Notes under the pieces: model-generated | Seen by the model: only the letters and a program-made list of their open reading frames with translations | Told to the model about the DNA's origin: nothing | Databases searched by the model: none | Virus record (IMG/VR): IMGVR_UViG_3300048444_000173 | Location: 18,363 to 82,362 of that record | Reading direction: 5' to 3' (one strand) | DNA from: a virus | DNA length: 64,000 nucleotides | Translations under genes and position numbers: made by a program | Part shown: one piece after another, positions 1 to 10,085 of the stretch | How positions within the stretch are numbered: position 1 is the stretch's first letter | How the letters are laid out: every line of letters begins with the position of its first letter

Positions 1-293
1 TTCTCCATATCAAAGGTTATGACCCTGAAGCTGTGTTGAAGATTGTTAACGACAGCAACTTTAGCAAGTTCTGTAATAGTGCAGAAGAAGCTAAGGCAAG
101 TGTGAGAGCATATATGGGCAAGAAGCGGTACAAGAAGGTCAATTACAAGAAAGTGGGCGCTTACCGTATCGTATTTGGCGATGATGTGGTTAACAACACT
201 AAGGCCAAGACATTGAAGAGTATTCATTTCAAAGAACCTTGCTTCTTAGATATGATTAAAGAAGTTAACCCTGAATTAATGGAGGAAATTTAA
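1..293 (+). CDS. MazG-like/NTP pyrophosphohydrolase, C-terminal part (5' truncated by window)
   Basis: Frame is open from nt 3 (LHIKGYDPEAVLKIVNDSNFSKF); the V-x-x-SN-x-SK motif is typical of phage all-alpha NTP-PPases. Confidence 0.55.
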   Translation, partial: LHIKGYDPEAVLKIVNDSNFSKFCNSAEEAKASVRAYMGKKRYKKVNYKKVGAYRIVFGDDVVNNTKAKTLKSIHFKEPCFLDMIKEVNPELMEEI

Positions 294-295
294 TT

Positions 296-667
296 ATGGA
301 ATTCAAACGAGAAGAGCGTTATATTGTAATCAAACGTAAGCATTTACCCTTTTGGAAAGAATCCCAACTACGTACGGTCATGGAGGATTTTGGTATAGAA
401 CCTTTAGAATGTGTTGTCGTAGAAAAAGGATTACCTAACTACGAACAAACGTGGAGAGATTTGGAAAAAGTTTACCACGGTGAATATGCTGATAATGAAA
501 AACGGGATTCACTCTTAGCTCATGTAGAACAGCTCTTAGATGAAATTTCCGCTGAGATTTTCAACAATACTGATATTACACAGCAGACTGGTAATCTATA
601 CCAATACGCCATCCTTGCCGATAAGCTAGTAGAATCAATCAGAGAGGAGAACCTTAATGCTAAATAA
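296..667 (+). CDS. hypothetical protein
   Basis: GGAGG RBS; packed in the operon. Confidence 0.75.
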   Translation: MEFKREERYIVIKRKHLPFWKESQLRTVMEDFGIEPLECVVVEKGLPNYEQTWRDLEKVYHGEYADNEKRDSLLAHVEQLLDEISAEIFNNTDITQQTGNLYQYAILADKLVESIREENLNAK

Positions 668-1694
668 TTATCCAGAATGGCTACCACAAGCTATTGAGCT
701 ATTAGATACAGGCATGAGTAAACGTGCTATTGCTCGTGAGCTAGATATTGGGCGTACATCCTGTCGTGAATGGTTGAGTAAGTTTGAGGATGGGTTGATT
801 GGTGAGGTTCGTGTTGCCGAGCCTGTTGAGCCTAGAATTGTAGAAGAAGTTACTGCAATCAATATCACCAAAGATGTTTACCCTATTGAAACGACAAAAG
901 TGGTTGAACCTGACGTAACTCACTTAATGATACCTGACACGCAATGTAAACCAAATATTGACATGACTTATTTAGACGTGCTTGGGCAATATATTGTCGA
1001 TAAGCAACCAGAGGTTATTGTTCATATTGGCGACCATGCTGATATGCCGTCCTTGTCCTCTTACGATAAAGGTAAACGTACTGCCGAAGGTAAACGAGTG
1101 CAGCATGATATTGAATCATCCATTGAGGGTATGAATCGTTTACTTAAACCCTTGCATGACTTACAACAGCAACAGTTAGAGCAATTTGGGCGAGTATTGT
1201 ACAAGCCTAAGATGGTACTGACACTCGGTAATCACGAACAGCGTATTGAACGTCACGTAGATGCTAACCCAGAGCTTCACGGTTTCTTATCTTACGATAG
1301 TTTACGCTATAAAGATATGGGGTGGGAGGTCTACGACTTCTTACAACCAGTAATCATAAATGGCGTGAGTTATGTGCATTACATGGCTAATCCTATGTCG
1401 GGCAAGCCATACGGCGGTCAGGCTATGAATGTGTTAAAGAATGTAGGCGAGTCATTCTGTATGGGACATAAGCAAACATTGGATATTGCCACACGTTTCT
1501 TACCCTCATCTGGCAAACAACAGTGGGCTATTATCGCTGGTGCATATTATGAGCATGAGGAAGCATATAAAGGTCATCAGGGTAATCACCATTGGCGTGG
1601 TATTGTTGTTAAGCACAATGTTCGTGACGGTACATTTAACCCAATGTTTGTTAGCTTAGAATATTTGAAGAATCGTTATGGAAAAGAAATTTAA
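657..1694 (+). CDS. calcineurin-like metallophosphoesterase with N-terminal HTH
   Basis: Motifs IPDTQ, GDHAD, GNHE, H, GH; N-terminal MSKRAIARELDIGRTSCREWL HTH. Confidence 0.85.
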   Translation: MLNNYPEWLPQAIELLDTGMSKRAIARELDIGRTSCREWLSKFEDGLIGEVRVAEPVEPRIVEEVTAINITKDVYPIETTKVVEPDVTHLMIPDTQCKPNIDMTYLDVLGQYIVDKQPEVIVHIGDHADMPSLSSYDKGKRTAEGKRVQHDIESSIEGMNRLLKPLHDLQQQQLEQFGRVLYKPKMVLTLGNHEQRIERHVDANPELHGFLSYDSLRYKDMGWEVYDFLQPVIINGVSYVHYMANPMSGKPYGGQAMNVLKNVGESFCMGHKQTLDIATRFLPSSGKQQWAIIAGAYYEHEEAYKGHQGNHHWRGIVVKHNVRDGTFNPMFVSLEYLKNRYGKEI

Positions 1695-2463
1695 TTACTT
1701 GAAGCGACTTAGGCATCACAATACAGACAAGCACGGAAGCTACTCTGTATATGAATGTTGTATTTGTGGTAATACAAAGACTATATGTGACTATAGCGTT
1801 AAGAGTGGCGCAACTAGGTCTTGTGGGTGCATGGCTAGATTAATTCCAGTAAATGATTACACAGGTGAAATGGTCAATGGCGTCGAGATAATAGGTTACA
1901 TTGGTAAATCTTTATGGCGTGTTAGGTTCTCCTGCGGTCACTATGGGGACGTCCAAATAGGCTTAGTTAAAAACAGGAAGAATCCAGAATGTAATCACTG
2001 CGTTAAAAGTAAGCTAGTAATCCAAAGAAACACCAAGCATGGTTGTTGCAATAAAGGTAACTTAACTTATACATCTTGGCTATCAATGAGAAGGAGATGT
2101 TACGATAAGTCTAACAATAGGTATCAAGAATATGGAGCAAGGGGTATATCCGTATGTGAAGAATGGCGCAATGACTTTTCTAAATTCTTAGAGGATATGG
2201 GTGAGAGACCTAGTGTAAACTATTCTATTGACAGGATTGATACCAATGGTGACTACACACCAGAAAATTGCAAATGGTCTGATAGGGTAGAACAAGCAAA
2301 TAACAAGCGCAATGTTAGGTTAATAACAAATGGCGCTGAGAGTAATAGTCTTATGTATTGGTGTAAACGACTCAACATTGACTACAAAAGGGCTTGGTAT
2401 TTAACTAAAAATAAAGGTGTTGACATTAAAGAGGTGCTGGGTGAAAATTACAGATATGTTTAA
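1678..2463 (+). CDS. free-standing HNH homing endonuclease
   Basis: CxCG zinc repeats; RC...Y..YGARGI.VC.EW; SIDRIDTNGDYTPENCKW..QANN. Confidence 0.9.
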   Translation: MEKKFNYLKRLRHHNTDKHGSYSVYECCICGNTKTICDYSVKSGATRSCGCMARLIPVNDYTGEMVNGVEIIGYIGKSLWRVRFSCGHYGDVQIGLVKNRKNPECNHCVKSKLVIQRNTKHGCCNKGNLTYTSWLSMRRRCYDKSNNRYQEYGARGISVCEEWRNDFSKFLEDMGERPSVNYSIDRIDTNGDYTPENCKWSDRVEQANNKRNVRLITNGAESNSLMYWCKRLNIDYKRAWYLTKNKGVDIKEVLGENYRYV

Positions 2464-2510
2464 CAAACTAACAGTGTCTAACATATCTTCCCAACCTCAG
2501 AATAAAGGAG

Positions 2511-2693
2511 GTGGACTTGATTGAATTAAGATGTATAATGGAAGCTGAAACTGGTGATGATTCTGTGACAAAATCATACAGTCGAAAGTTTCCGCAAGAA
2601 CATATCACCAAAGAAGATTTGCGAGATTTCTTCAAACGTGCTGAGTTAGAATTTACAGGCGAAGAAGATGTTGACGAAGATTCTGGTGAATAG
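2511..2693 (+). CDS. small acidic hypothetical protein (start uncertain)
   Basis: AGGAGG RBS; followed by a terminator. Confidence 0.6.
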   Translation: MDLIELRCIMEAETGDDSVTKSYSRKFPQEHITKEDLRDFFKRAELEFTGEEDVDEDSGE

Positions 2694-2703
2694 TAGAATG
2701 AAC

Positions 2704-2729
2704 GCCGCTTGAGATACAGCGGCTTTTTT
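2704..2729 (+). terminator. intrinsic terminator
   Basis: GCCGCT-loop-AGCGGC followed by TTTTTT. Confidence 0.75.
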
Positions 2730-2754
2730 GACAATGGAATAGGAGAAGTAATTT

Positions 2755-5261
2755 ATGATTGAAACCGTTGTAAAGCGAGATGGAACAGAAGAAGCGTTTG
2801 ATGCAGGTAAGCTAAATAAGTGGGCGGAGTTTGCAACAGAACAAGGCGGCGACTGGTCGGAGATTGCACGACAAACCTTTAAGAAATTACCAGCTAAATG
2901 TACGAGCAAAGACATTCACCAGACGATGATTGACGTATGCTTATCTAAACAAACTATTGAATACAGCCGTGTAGCTTCACGCTTAGAGCTTGCTGAGCTA
3001 CGTAAAGCGATGAATTATTTACTTAACATCGACCCGTTTGATAATTCATTCAAAGACATTATGCAAACTTATGAGGACTTAAATATATGGGATAGTGGCG
3101 TTATGCCTGAATATAACCCAGAGTGGGAGAACTGGTATAATGAATTGAAAGAATATCGTATGGAGTTTTGGCGTATAAAACAGTGGACGGATAAGTATTC
3201 ACAGCAACTTGATGATAACCCTGTTGAGACTCCTGCACTTGGTTATATGGGTATCGCTCTAGCGTTATTTGGCGACTCTGAGAAGGCTTATGAATTTGCT
3301 AAGGGTCTTACACTCGGTAAGATTAGTTTGCCTACTCCTGCTCTTAATGGTTTACGTAATGGTGATTGGGACACAATCTCTTGTTGTGTTATTTCAGCAG
3401 ATGATACAACTGAAAGTATTGGTGTGGCTAATTGGATCGCATATCGTATGACAGCTAAAAAGGCTGGCATTGGTATTGAATATACAACTCGCTCTAAAGG
3501 AGATAACGTCAAAGGTGGTCGAGTCAAACACTTAGGTAAACACCCTATTTATAAATGCTTAGACCGTGAGGTTAAGGTACTGACTCAGATTACTCGTGGT
3601 GGTAATGCAACAGTTACGGCATTAGCTATCGACCCAGAAATTGAGGATATTATCTTATGGCGTTCACAGCGTAAAGACATCGAGACTCGTATTGATAAGT
3701 TGGATAATGAATTTGGTTATAATGATGCGTTTGTTGATGCTGTTGTAGGTAATAAGGATTGGCACTTATTTAGTTATGGTGATGCGCCAGACGTTTACAA
3801 AGCATTTTATAAGGCTAACGTAGAGGACTATAACAAGGTTGTTGATGAGCATATTAAACGGGGAGTTAAGCACAAAACTGTTAAAGCTCGTGATTTACTT
3901 AAAACATTTTTAACTGTGCGTCAAGAAACTGGTCGATTTTATGACAACAACTTAACCCGAACTAATACGCATACGCCTTTTATTGATACAATTAAGCAAA
4001 GCAATCTGTAAAATAGTGCAGCCCTATTTAGGAATAGATAGGTGAAGAATCCTGTGAATTGCTGGAAACCTAAACGTGTTATGACGTAGGCAATCAGCAG
4101 CTAAGCTTGGAACATAGTTCCTTGAAAGTTCAGAGGTCATCTCGCAAGAGAGTAGGAGTCAAGTGATTCCGAAGCGCAGGACAACCAGAACGGTTGATGA
4201 TATGATCCGACACCCGTTGAAAAGCGGGAGAGACGTAACGAATCTCGTAACAGTGTGGCGAAGAAATTTGCTTACCAACAAAAGGTTATAAGTCAATGCA
4301 AGACCTTTATTCCCCAGAGAGTGAAGGTGAAACAGCATTCTGTAGCTTGTCTGCTATCAACGTTGCTAACGTAGCCTTAGATGAGTACGAGCGTGTTGCA
4401 GAGCTAGTATTAGAAGCTGTAGATATTATGATTGATAATGCCCCAATGATGACAGAATCAATGAAAGCGGATATTATGCGTAGGCGTAGTGTTGGAGTCG
4501 GTATCACTGGACTAGCAAGTGCTATGTATAGTAATGGTTACGATTATGATGGGAGTGACGAGTCCTTAGAGTTTGTGCAAAAAATAGCTGAACACCATTA
4601 TTTCTATTTACTAAAAGCTAGTCAGAAATTATCTGAACGTGATGGTTTTTGTGTAGAAGGTGTGAACTTAGATTGGCTACCAGTCGATACTGCTATAAGT
4701 AATTCTATAACAAATTTAGATTGGGAATCGTTGCGAGGGAAACCACGCAAGCACAGCGTACTTGTCGCTAATATGCCTACTGAGAGCAGTAGTCTTTTGA
4801 GTGGCAAAACCAATTCGTTGTACCCTGTGCGTAAGAAAGTCATCAATAAACGTAGTCGAAAAGGGCTGGTGCAATTCATTTGTCAGGAATTTGACCCAGA
4901 TAAACATTTAAGTGCTTGGGATGTTGATAATATTACTTTATCCAAGTACTATTCACACATTCAGGATTTCACTGACCAAGCGATTAGTGCTGACTTCTAC
5001 TTTAATCCTATGAAGTACGAGGATGAAAAAGCACCATTGTCAGTCCTGATGAAAGAGTGGGTTGCTCATGCTAAACTGGGTAACAAAACTAAGTATTACC
5101 TTAACACGAACGATGACAACGGTGGTTCTTTCCAAGACCAGACCAAAAAATCTAAAGGGGTCGAGTCTTACCTTTCGCCAGAAAAACCAATTAAGGAGAT
5201 CGTCAACGGTCTTGAGGTGGAAGCAGAAGAAGATGGTTGTCAGGGCGGTTGTAAATTATAA
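2755..5261 (+). CDS. nrdA: class Ia ribonucleotide reductase alpha subunit, join(2755..4009,4258..5261), 752 aa spliced
   Basis: ATP-cone start VVKRDG, PTP, SCCV; splicing restores SNLCEEI; MPTESSS, KTKYY and C-terminal GCQGGC. Confidence 0.95.
4010..4257 (+). ncRNA. group I self-splicing intron (phage IA2-like, no ORF) in nrdA
   Basis: Exon CUGU pairs with IGS GCAG (U.G at the splice site); P GAATTGCTGGAA, Q AATCAGCAG, R TTCAGAGGTCA, S GATATGATCC; terminal G at 4257; removal restores frame and the catalytic Cys. Confidence 0.92.
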
Positions 5262-5272
5262 GGAGTGAAAAT

Positions 5273-6346
5273 ATGACAGTATTTAATGCAAACAACAAAG
5301 GTTTTGAAACTAAGAAATATCCTCTCTTTTTCGGAGAGGAGCTTGGTTTATTTGATACGGTAAATGTTGCTTACCCAGAGGTTGATAAGCTATACCATCA
5401 ACAAATGAGCCAGATTTGGAATCATGCGGAGGTGTCACTAGACCAAGACAAGATGGATATGCAACGTCTGCCAAATGAAGTTGTTGACTTAATGGTTAAA
5501 ACATTGAGCTGGCAACACTTGGCTGATTCTGTTGCGGCACAATCAATCAGTACCCTATTGCTGCCCCATTGTACGAATAGTGAACTTGAAGCCATGTTGA
5601 CAGCACAGAGTTTGTTTGAGTGCATTCATGCCATGACCTATTCCCATATAGTTCAGCAGACGTTTTCTGATCCAAATAAAATGCTCAAAGATACCTATGA
5701 AAACACACATACACTCATTCGTTCACAAGCTATAGTTAAGGCGTTTGATGATGTCCAAGCATTACCTCAAGATGCTGACATTGAGGAAAAGCGTAAGGTT
5801 CTTATGAAAGCCTTTGTTGCGCTATTTGCACTAGAAGGTATTGCCTTTATGTCGTCCTTTGCTGTGACATTTGCTATTGCGGAGACGGATGTGTTTCAAG
5901 GGATTGGTGCATTGGTTGCGCTCGTATGCCGTGATGAGGTCCTTCATACAAGAATGGACTATACTGTTCTTGACTATATGCTTAAAGACTCTGACTGGCA
6001 AACAGCCTTGAGCGAGAGCAAGGATGAAATTAAACAGATATTGGATGACGTTACACAACAGGAGTTAGACTGGTCTGAGTATTTATTCAGCGAAGGTCGC
6101 CAAGTAGTGGGGTTAAATGAAACCTTACTAAAAGAATATGTTCAATTTATGGCTAAACCTATCTACGACTTCTTAGGCGTGGAATATAAATTTGAAAATA
6201 TTGCAGAAAATCCTTTACCTTATATGGAAAAGTATGTTGACCCTAGCCAGATGCAATCAGCCGCTCAGGAGATAAACATTACGTCCTACAAGGTTGGTTC
6301 AATTAAGGACGACACAACCGACCTAGACTTGGACTTTGACCTTTAA
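5273..6346 (+). CDS. nrdB: class Ia ribonucleotide reductase beta subunit
   Basis: W..EV.L..D, ADS, ECIHAMTY, LEGIAF, RDEVLH, QE...Y C-terminus. Confidence 0.95.
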   Translation: MTVFNANNKGFETKKYPLFFGEELGLFDTVNVAYPEVDKLYHQQMSQIWNHAEVSLDQDKMDMQRLPNEVVDLMVKTLSWQHLADSVAAQSISTLLLPHCTNSELEAMLTAQSLFECIHAMTYSHIVQQTFSDPNKMLKDTYENTHTLIRSQAIVKAFDDVQALPQDADIEEKRKVLMKAFVALFALEGIAFMSSFAVTFAIAETDVFQGIGALVALVCRDEVLHTRMDYTVLDYMLKDSDWQTALSESKDEIKQILDDVTQQELDWSEYLFSEGRQVVGLNETLLKEYVQFMAKPIYDFLGVEYKFENIAENPLPYMEKYVDPSQMQSAAQEINITSYKVGSIKDDTTDLDLDFDL

Positions 6347-6355
6347 CCCAAACAC

Positions 6356-6381
6356 AAGCCCCTTAATTGGGGCTTTCTTTT
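6356..6381 (+). terminator. intrinsic terminator after nrdB
   Basis: AAGCCCC-TTAATT-GGGGCTT followed by TCTTTT. Confidence 0.85.
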
Positions 6382-6445
6382 GCCCATATTCCATTCCGTT
6401 ATAACTTGCCCCAATTTCCTGCCTAAATTATTCTAAGCAAAATAC

Positions 6446-6474
6446 TTGTAACCTTAATCTTATTCCTCTAATAT
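6446..6474 (+). promoter_or_regulatory. sigma70-type promoter
   Basis: TTGTAA-N17-TAATAT upstream of 6506. Confidence 0.5.
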
Positions 6475-6505
6475 TAGTCATGTAATCACAACGGAGGAAT
6501 AACTT

Positions 6506-6802
6506 ATGAAAACTATCACACGAGAACAAGCGGCTAAATTAATTCGCTCAATTAAAGGCAATAGAGCATTCTCAGTTGAGTTCACTAAGAAGGACGGTTC
6601 GTTGCGACACATGAATGCCATTATTAAATGCACCAAACACCTTGCAGGAGGTAAGTCCACAATATCTCATAAGGATAATCTTATCGGGTGTTATGATATG
6701 CAAGCTGGTAAACAAGACAAGGGTAAAGGGTATCGCTGCATAAACATCGACACACTTAAAAAGGTGAAAGTTGGTGGCGTAGAATATCAGGTACAGGGTT
6801 AA
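6506..6802 (+). CDS. SH3/WYL_2-like beta-barrel phage protein
   Basis: FSVEFTKKDGSLRHM ... YD ... YRCI signature. Confidence 0.6.
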   Translation: MKTITREQAAKLIRSIKGNRAFSVEFTKKDGSLRHMNAIIKCTKHLAGGKSTISHKDNLIGCYDMQAGKQDKGKGYRCINIDTLKKVKVGGVEYQVQG

Positions 6803-6817
6803 TAGGAGGAATTATTT

Positions 6818-7192
6818 ATGAGTAACAATGGAACAATTAAATTGTACTATAACAACGAGAATATGGTTTTGAGTGGATTCATTATGCAAACTGACAAAGA
6901 GTTTTACAACGAAGATGAACGTGCAAAATCTATCACAATCAATTACAGCGACGGTTCGGGCTATACAATCAAGACAGAAGGTTATGCTCAAATTACTCGT
7001 GTGAATGATAAGCGTGAGTATAAATTGCACATTGACTATTTGCGTAAACCTGCTACAGTGAAGTCTAGTGCTGATTATCTGGTCAAAGAGCTTGAGTCAG
7101 TTAAGGAGCGCGTAGAGTTGAAGCTGAAAGATGTTAAGAGTATGAGTGTGCGTGAGGATGACCGCACAATTACTTTGACTAAGTTTAAGTAG
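6818..7192 (+). CDS. hypothetical protein
   Basis: AGGAG RBS, operonic. Confidence 0.75.
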   Translation: MSNNGTIKLYYNNENMVLSGFIMQTDKEFYNEDERAKSITINYSDGSGYTIKTEGYAQITRVNDKREYKLHIDYLRKPATVKSSADYLVKELESVKERVELKLKDVKSMSVREDDRTITLTKFK

Positions 7193-7204
7193 GAGGAATA
7201 AATT

Positions 7205-7774
7205 ATGCGAAATATTGAAGCAATTAATCAAGTGCTAAAAGTTGTTGATGAAAACCGCGAGGAATTATTGAAAGGTTATCACGCTCAAGATGCTATTCAA
7301 AAGTTAATTCTGGAAAAAGAGTTGGCTGAATTAGAGCAATTATTCCAAGTTGAAATCAAAGATGGCTACAACACTGATTGGATCGACATGGGTGATAATC
7401 AGCGCATCGGGTTATTCTTTGGTAATACTGGTCGTAATATTTCTTGGCCTGACGCTGACTATAATTTATCCGAAGAGGAGTATGTATATGTCGTTAGCTT
7501 CCCTACTGGTGCGTATATCTTTGGTGGATACATGGATGATAAATATCCTGTCAAAACTTTCAGTAAATTCTTTAACGAATTGAAGGCGCTAGGTGCTAAG
7601 TATGTTGACAGCCATAATCACTGCTTGTATTTTCCGCCAGAAAAAGCTAAACTTGTTCGTGATAAGTATACTGAACTATTCAACAAGTACAAAAGTCAGG
7701 TTGAAGATGAGATGAAGGAACAACGCAAGCAAAAGTTACAGGAAGAACTTGATAAATTAAACTCGGAGGACTAA
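7205..7774 (+). CDS. hypothetical protein
   Basis: AGGAGG RBS, 189 aa. Confidence 0.8.
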   Translation: MRNIEAINQVLKVVDENREELLKGYHAQDAIQKLILEKELAELEQLFQVEIKDGYNTDWIDMGDNQRIGLFFGNTGRNISWPDADYNLSEEEYVYVVSFPTGAYIFGGYMDDKYPVKTFSKFFNELKALGAKYVDSHNHCLYFPPEKAKLVRDKYTELFNKYKSQVEDEMKEQRKQKLQEELDKLNSED

Positions 7775-7776
7775 TC

Positions 7777-8016
7777 ATGCGGGTAGTAATGATGACAATT
7801 AAGGACAAAATTGATAAAGCTATTGACGAAAATGGTAAAGATATTTTTCGTATTGAGTTGACTAATAGTGAATTTGCTGATTTTATCTACAGCGGAGTAT
7901 CACCAGAGTTATATCGTACAAGCATTGTATTTAATGGTGCTGAGAATGGATATTCTGGTTCTCACGTAATGTACCGTGACGTATGTGTTCAAACGCATCA
8001 TTCTTACACAGAATAA
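7777..8016 (+). CDS. hypothetical protein
   Basis: GGAGG RBS. Confidence 0.7.
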   Translation: MRVVMMTIKDKIDKAIDENGKDIFRIELTNSEFADFIYSGVSPELYRTSIVFNGAENGYSGSHVMYRDVCVQTHHSYTE

Positions 8017-8029
8017 GGGAGGAATAACT

Positions 8030-8296
8030 ATGCCAAACGAATTTGACCAATTATCATGTGTAGACGCTTTACGTAAAGAATGTGAGAACCTACTAGCACA
8101 AGTACGTTTTCACCAGCGTCAGGAACAAGAGCTACGTAGGCAATTATATGAGGCTAAATTAGAGAGCCTGACGCAAGCATACGACGACTTATTCTTCTAC
8201 ATTGACCCATTCTCAGGGTCTAGGAAAGTAATGCCCGTGGCGCTCTCTTATGAGGACTTTTACGACTATATTCAGCGTGTGAATGTGGAGGGGTAA
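8030..8296 (+). CDS. hypothetical coiled-coil protein
   Basis: Start moved to the ATG after GGAGG. Confidence 0.7.
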   Translation: MPNEFDQLSCVDALRKECENLLAQVRFHQRQEQELRRQLYEAKLESLTQAYDDLFFYIDPFSGSRKVMPVALSYEDFYDYIQRVNVEG

Positions 8297-8299
8297 TTT

Positions 8300-8464
8300 G
8301 TGAAATACATTCGTAAGTATTTACCAGAAGTCACTGTGATAGAGCGCATAGAAGATACCGATGACCTGAGTGGTGTTGTTAAATACATTAACGAATTTGG
8401 TTCGGTTTGTGTTATGCTGACTAAACACTTTGACGAATTGTATGAACAGAAGGTGGAGGGATAA
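8300..8464 (+). CDS. small hypothetical protein (54 aa, not in ORF track)
   Basis: GGAGG RBS plus GTG start; fills the gap exactly. Confidence 0.6.
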   Translation: MKYIRKYLPEVTVIERIEDTDDLSGVVKYINEFGSVCVMLTKHFDELYEQKVEG

Positions 8465-8467
8465 CTT

Positions 8468-8947
8468 GTGAAAGATAAACACGACAAAGTTACTATGGAA
8501 ATGGATTTGGAGGAGAATGTTATGACGACTATCAGCAAAGAAAATACCAAAATGGAATCTACAAATGACTTCCTCAAAAAGTTAATACTGATGATGGTTT
8601 CGGAAGAATTGGCTATAGACTTCGACCATGAATCAGAACAGTGTTATTTGATGCAAGTTGAGGTAGGTGAGTTCGATAATTGCCGAGAATATGGTTACAC
8701 TTATCGCGTAGTCAATGGTGAACAAGATATTACCTTCTGTGTGTATGAACATCGTAACTCAGACGCTATTATTATCAATGGTTGTCGCACAAAAGATATG
8801 AAAGAACATGGTCCGTACAATGGGGAGTCTAAGTATGATTTCTTATTCGGATTCCGTTATAATCAACACCAAGATTGTGCAGACAAATTAGCAGATTGTT
8901 TGCGTGAATGTTATTTGGGTAAGTTTGATGAGGGAGTTTTGTTATAG
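8468..8947 (+). CDS. hypothetical protein
   Basis: RBS; 159 aa, possible alternative start at 8522. Confidence 0.75.
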   Translation: MKDKHDKVTMEMDLEENVMTTISKENTKMESTNDFLKKLILMMVSEELAIDFDHESEQCYLMQVEVGEFDNCREYGYTYRVVNGEQDITFCVYEHRNSDAIIINGCRTKDMKEHGPYNGESKYDFLFGFRYNQHQDCADKLADCLRECYLGKFDEGVLL

Positions 8948-8955
8948 GGGTTATT

Positions 8956-9969
8956 ATGGCTAAAGCATTAACTATAGAAGAAATTAAAAATAGAATAGAA
9001 GGTATATTCGGAGATAAGTATGATTTATCTTCTATTCATTTTGATCCTGAAAACAAAAGGAAAGTGGTTATTCAATGTAGGAAGCATGGTGTGTATAAAC
9101 CATATATAGTTAATATATTTAGAGGTCATGGTTGTAAGGAATGTGATAACGAGCTAAGAAGGATAAAATTTGCGGAGGGGTGTGGTATGTTGGATGGACA
9201 ACCTCTTTCTAAAGTGTTTGAACAGTCATACTCCAGATGTAAGTTTTTGAAGATAGACAACACAAAAATGATTCATTATTTTTGCCCACACAGGGGTTTC
9301 TCTCAAATCACAAGACAGTCTTTCATGGGACAAAGAAAACGTATTTATGATTGTTGCCCTATTTGCGACCAAAAAGAAAATTACAGAAAGAAGCATGAGC
9401 GATTGTTCATTCAGAATGCTACAAAAATACACAGCGGTAAATATAGCTATGAAAATGTAAAATACATCGAGGCAAAGAGAAAAGTTGAGATAATTTGCCC
9501 TAAGCATGGTTCATTCTGGCAAAGACCTAACGATCACACATCTGACAAAAATGGATGTCCTGAGTGTCATGCTGAGAAGTTGCCGTATGACTATGATAGT
9601 CGGGTTAACTTAGCTAAATGGAAGAACGCCTTACTTTATGCTTTAGTTATAAAATATGAAGGCGGTAAATGTGTGAAAGTTGGTGTAAGTGTGGATATTG
9701 AAAAGAGAATGACAGAGTTAACGTCCGATATAATCAGGCTGAATGTTGAGCAAGGTAATAAAGATGAAGTAACTGCAACTCTTGTCAGGGGTTATGTACA
9801 TGATGTAAAAACTGCTTACAGAAGTGAGAGAAGGTTACATACTAAGTTAAAGGACTTTAAATATAAACCAGAGGTTAAGTTTGGCGGTCATTCAGAGTGC
9901 TATAGGTTTGATGAATTAGATCAAATTTTAAAGCTAATGGATGAGTTCCATTTTGAAGTAAATGGTTGA
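8956..9969 (+). CDS. putative homing endonuclease (CxxHG zinc repeats plus C-terminal GIY-YIG/T5orf172-like domain)
   Basis: CRKHG, CPKHGSFWQRPNDH...GCPEC; C-terminal LY...VKVGVS....R....E..LH....FGGHSEC. Confidence 0.75.
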   Translation: MAKALTIEEIKNRIEGIFGDKYDLSSIHFDPENKRKVVIQCRKHGVYKPYIVNIFRGHGCKECDNELRRIKFAEGCGMLDGQPLSKVFEQSYSRCKFLKIDNTKMIHYFCPHRGFSQITRQSFMGQRKRIYDCCPICDQKENYRKKHERLFIQNATKIHSGKYSYENVKYIEAKRKVEIICPKHGSFWQRPNDHTSDKNGCPECHAEKLPYDYDSRVNLAKWKNALLYALVIKYEGGKCVKVGVSVDIEKRMTELTSDIIRLNVEQGNKDEVTATLVRGYVHDVKTAYRSERRLHTKLKDFKYKPEVKFGGHSECYRFDELDQILKLMDEFHFEVNG

Positions 9970-9993
9970 CACAGCGTAACTACCGTGTAGAAT
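9966..9993 (+). promoter_or_regulatory. sigma70-type promoter
   Basis: TTGACA-N16-TAGAAT. Confidence 0.6.
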
Positions 9994-10085
9994 CTACGGT
10001 GAGTGATTTCCGCAACACTTCGTTCAGAAAGTCGGATAAGGTTACGGAAGAAGTTATTGTGACTAATTATTAATGGAGGATTGAT

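Noticed and set aside
2755-5261. nrdA as a pseudogene or naturally split gene
   Set aside because: The gap has group I intron hallmarks and precise removal restores frame and active site
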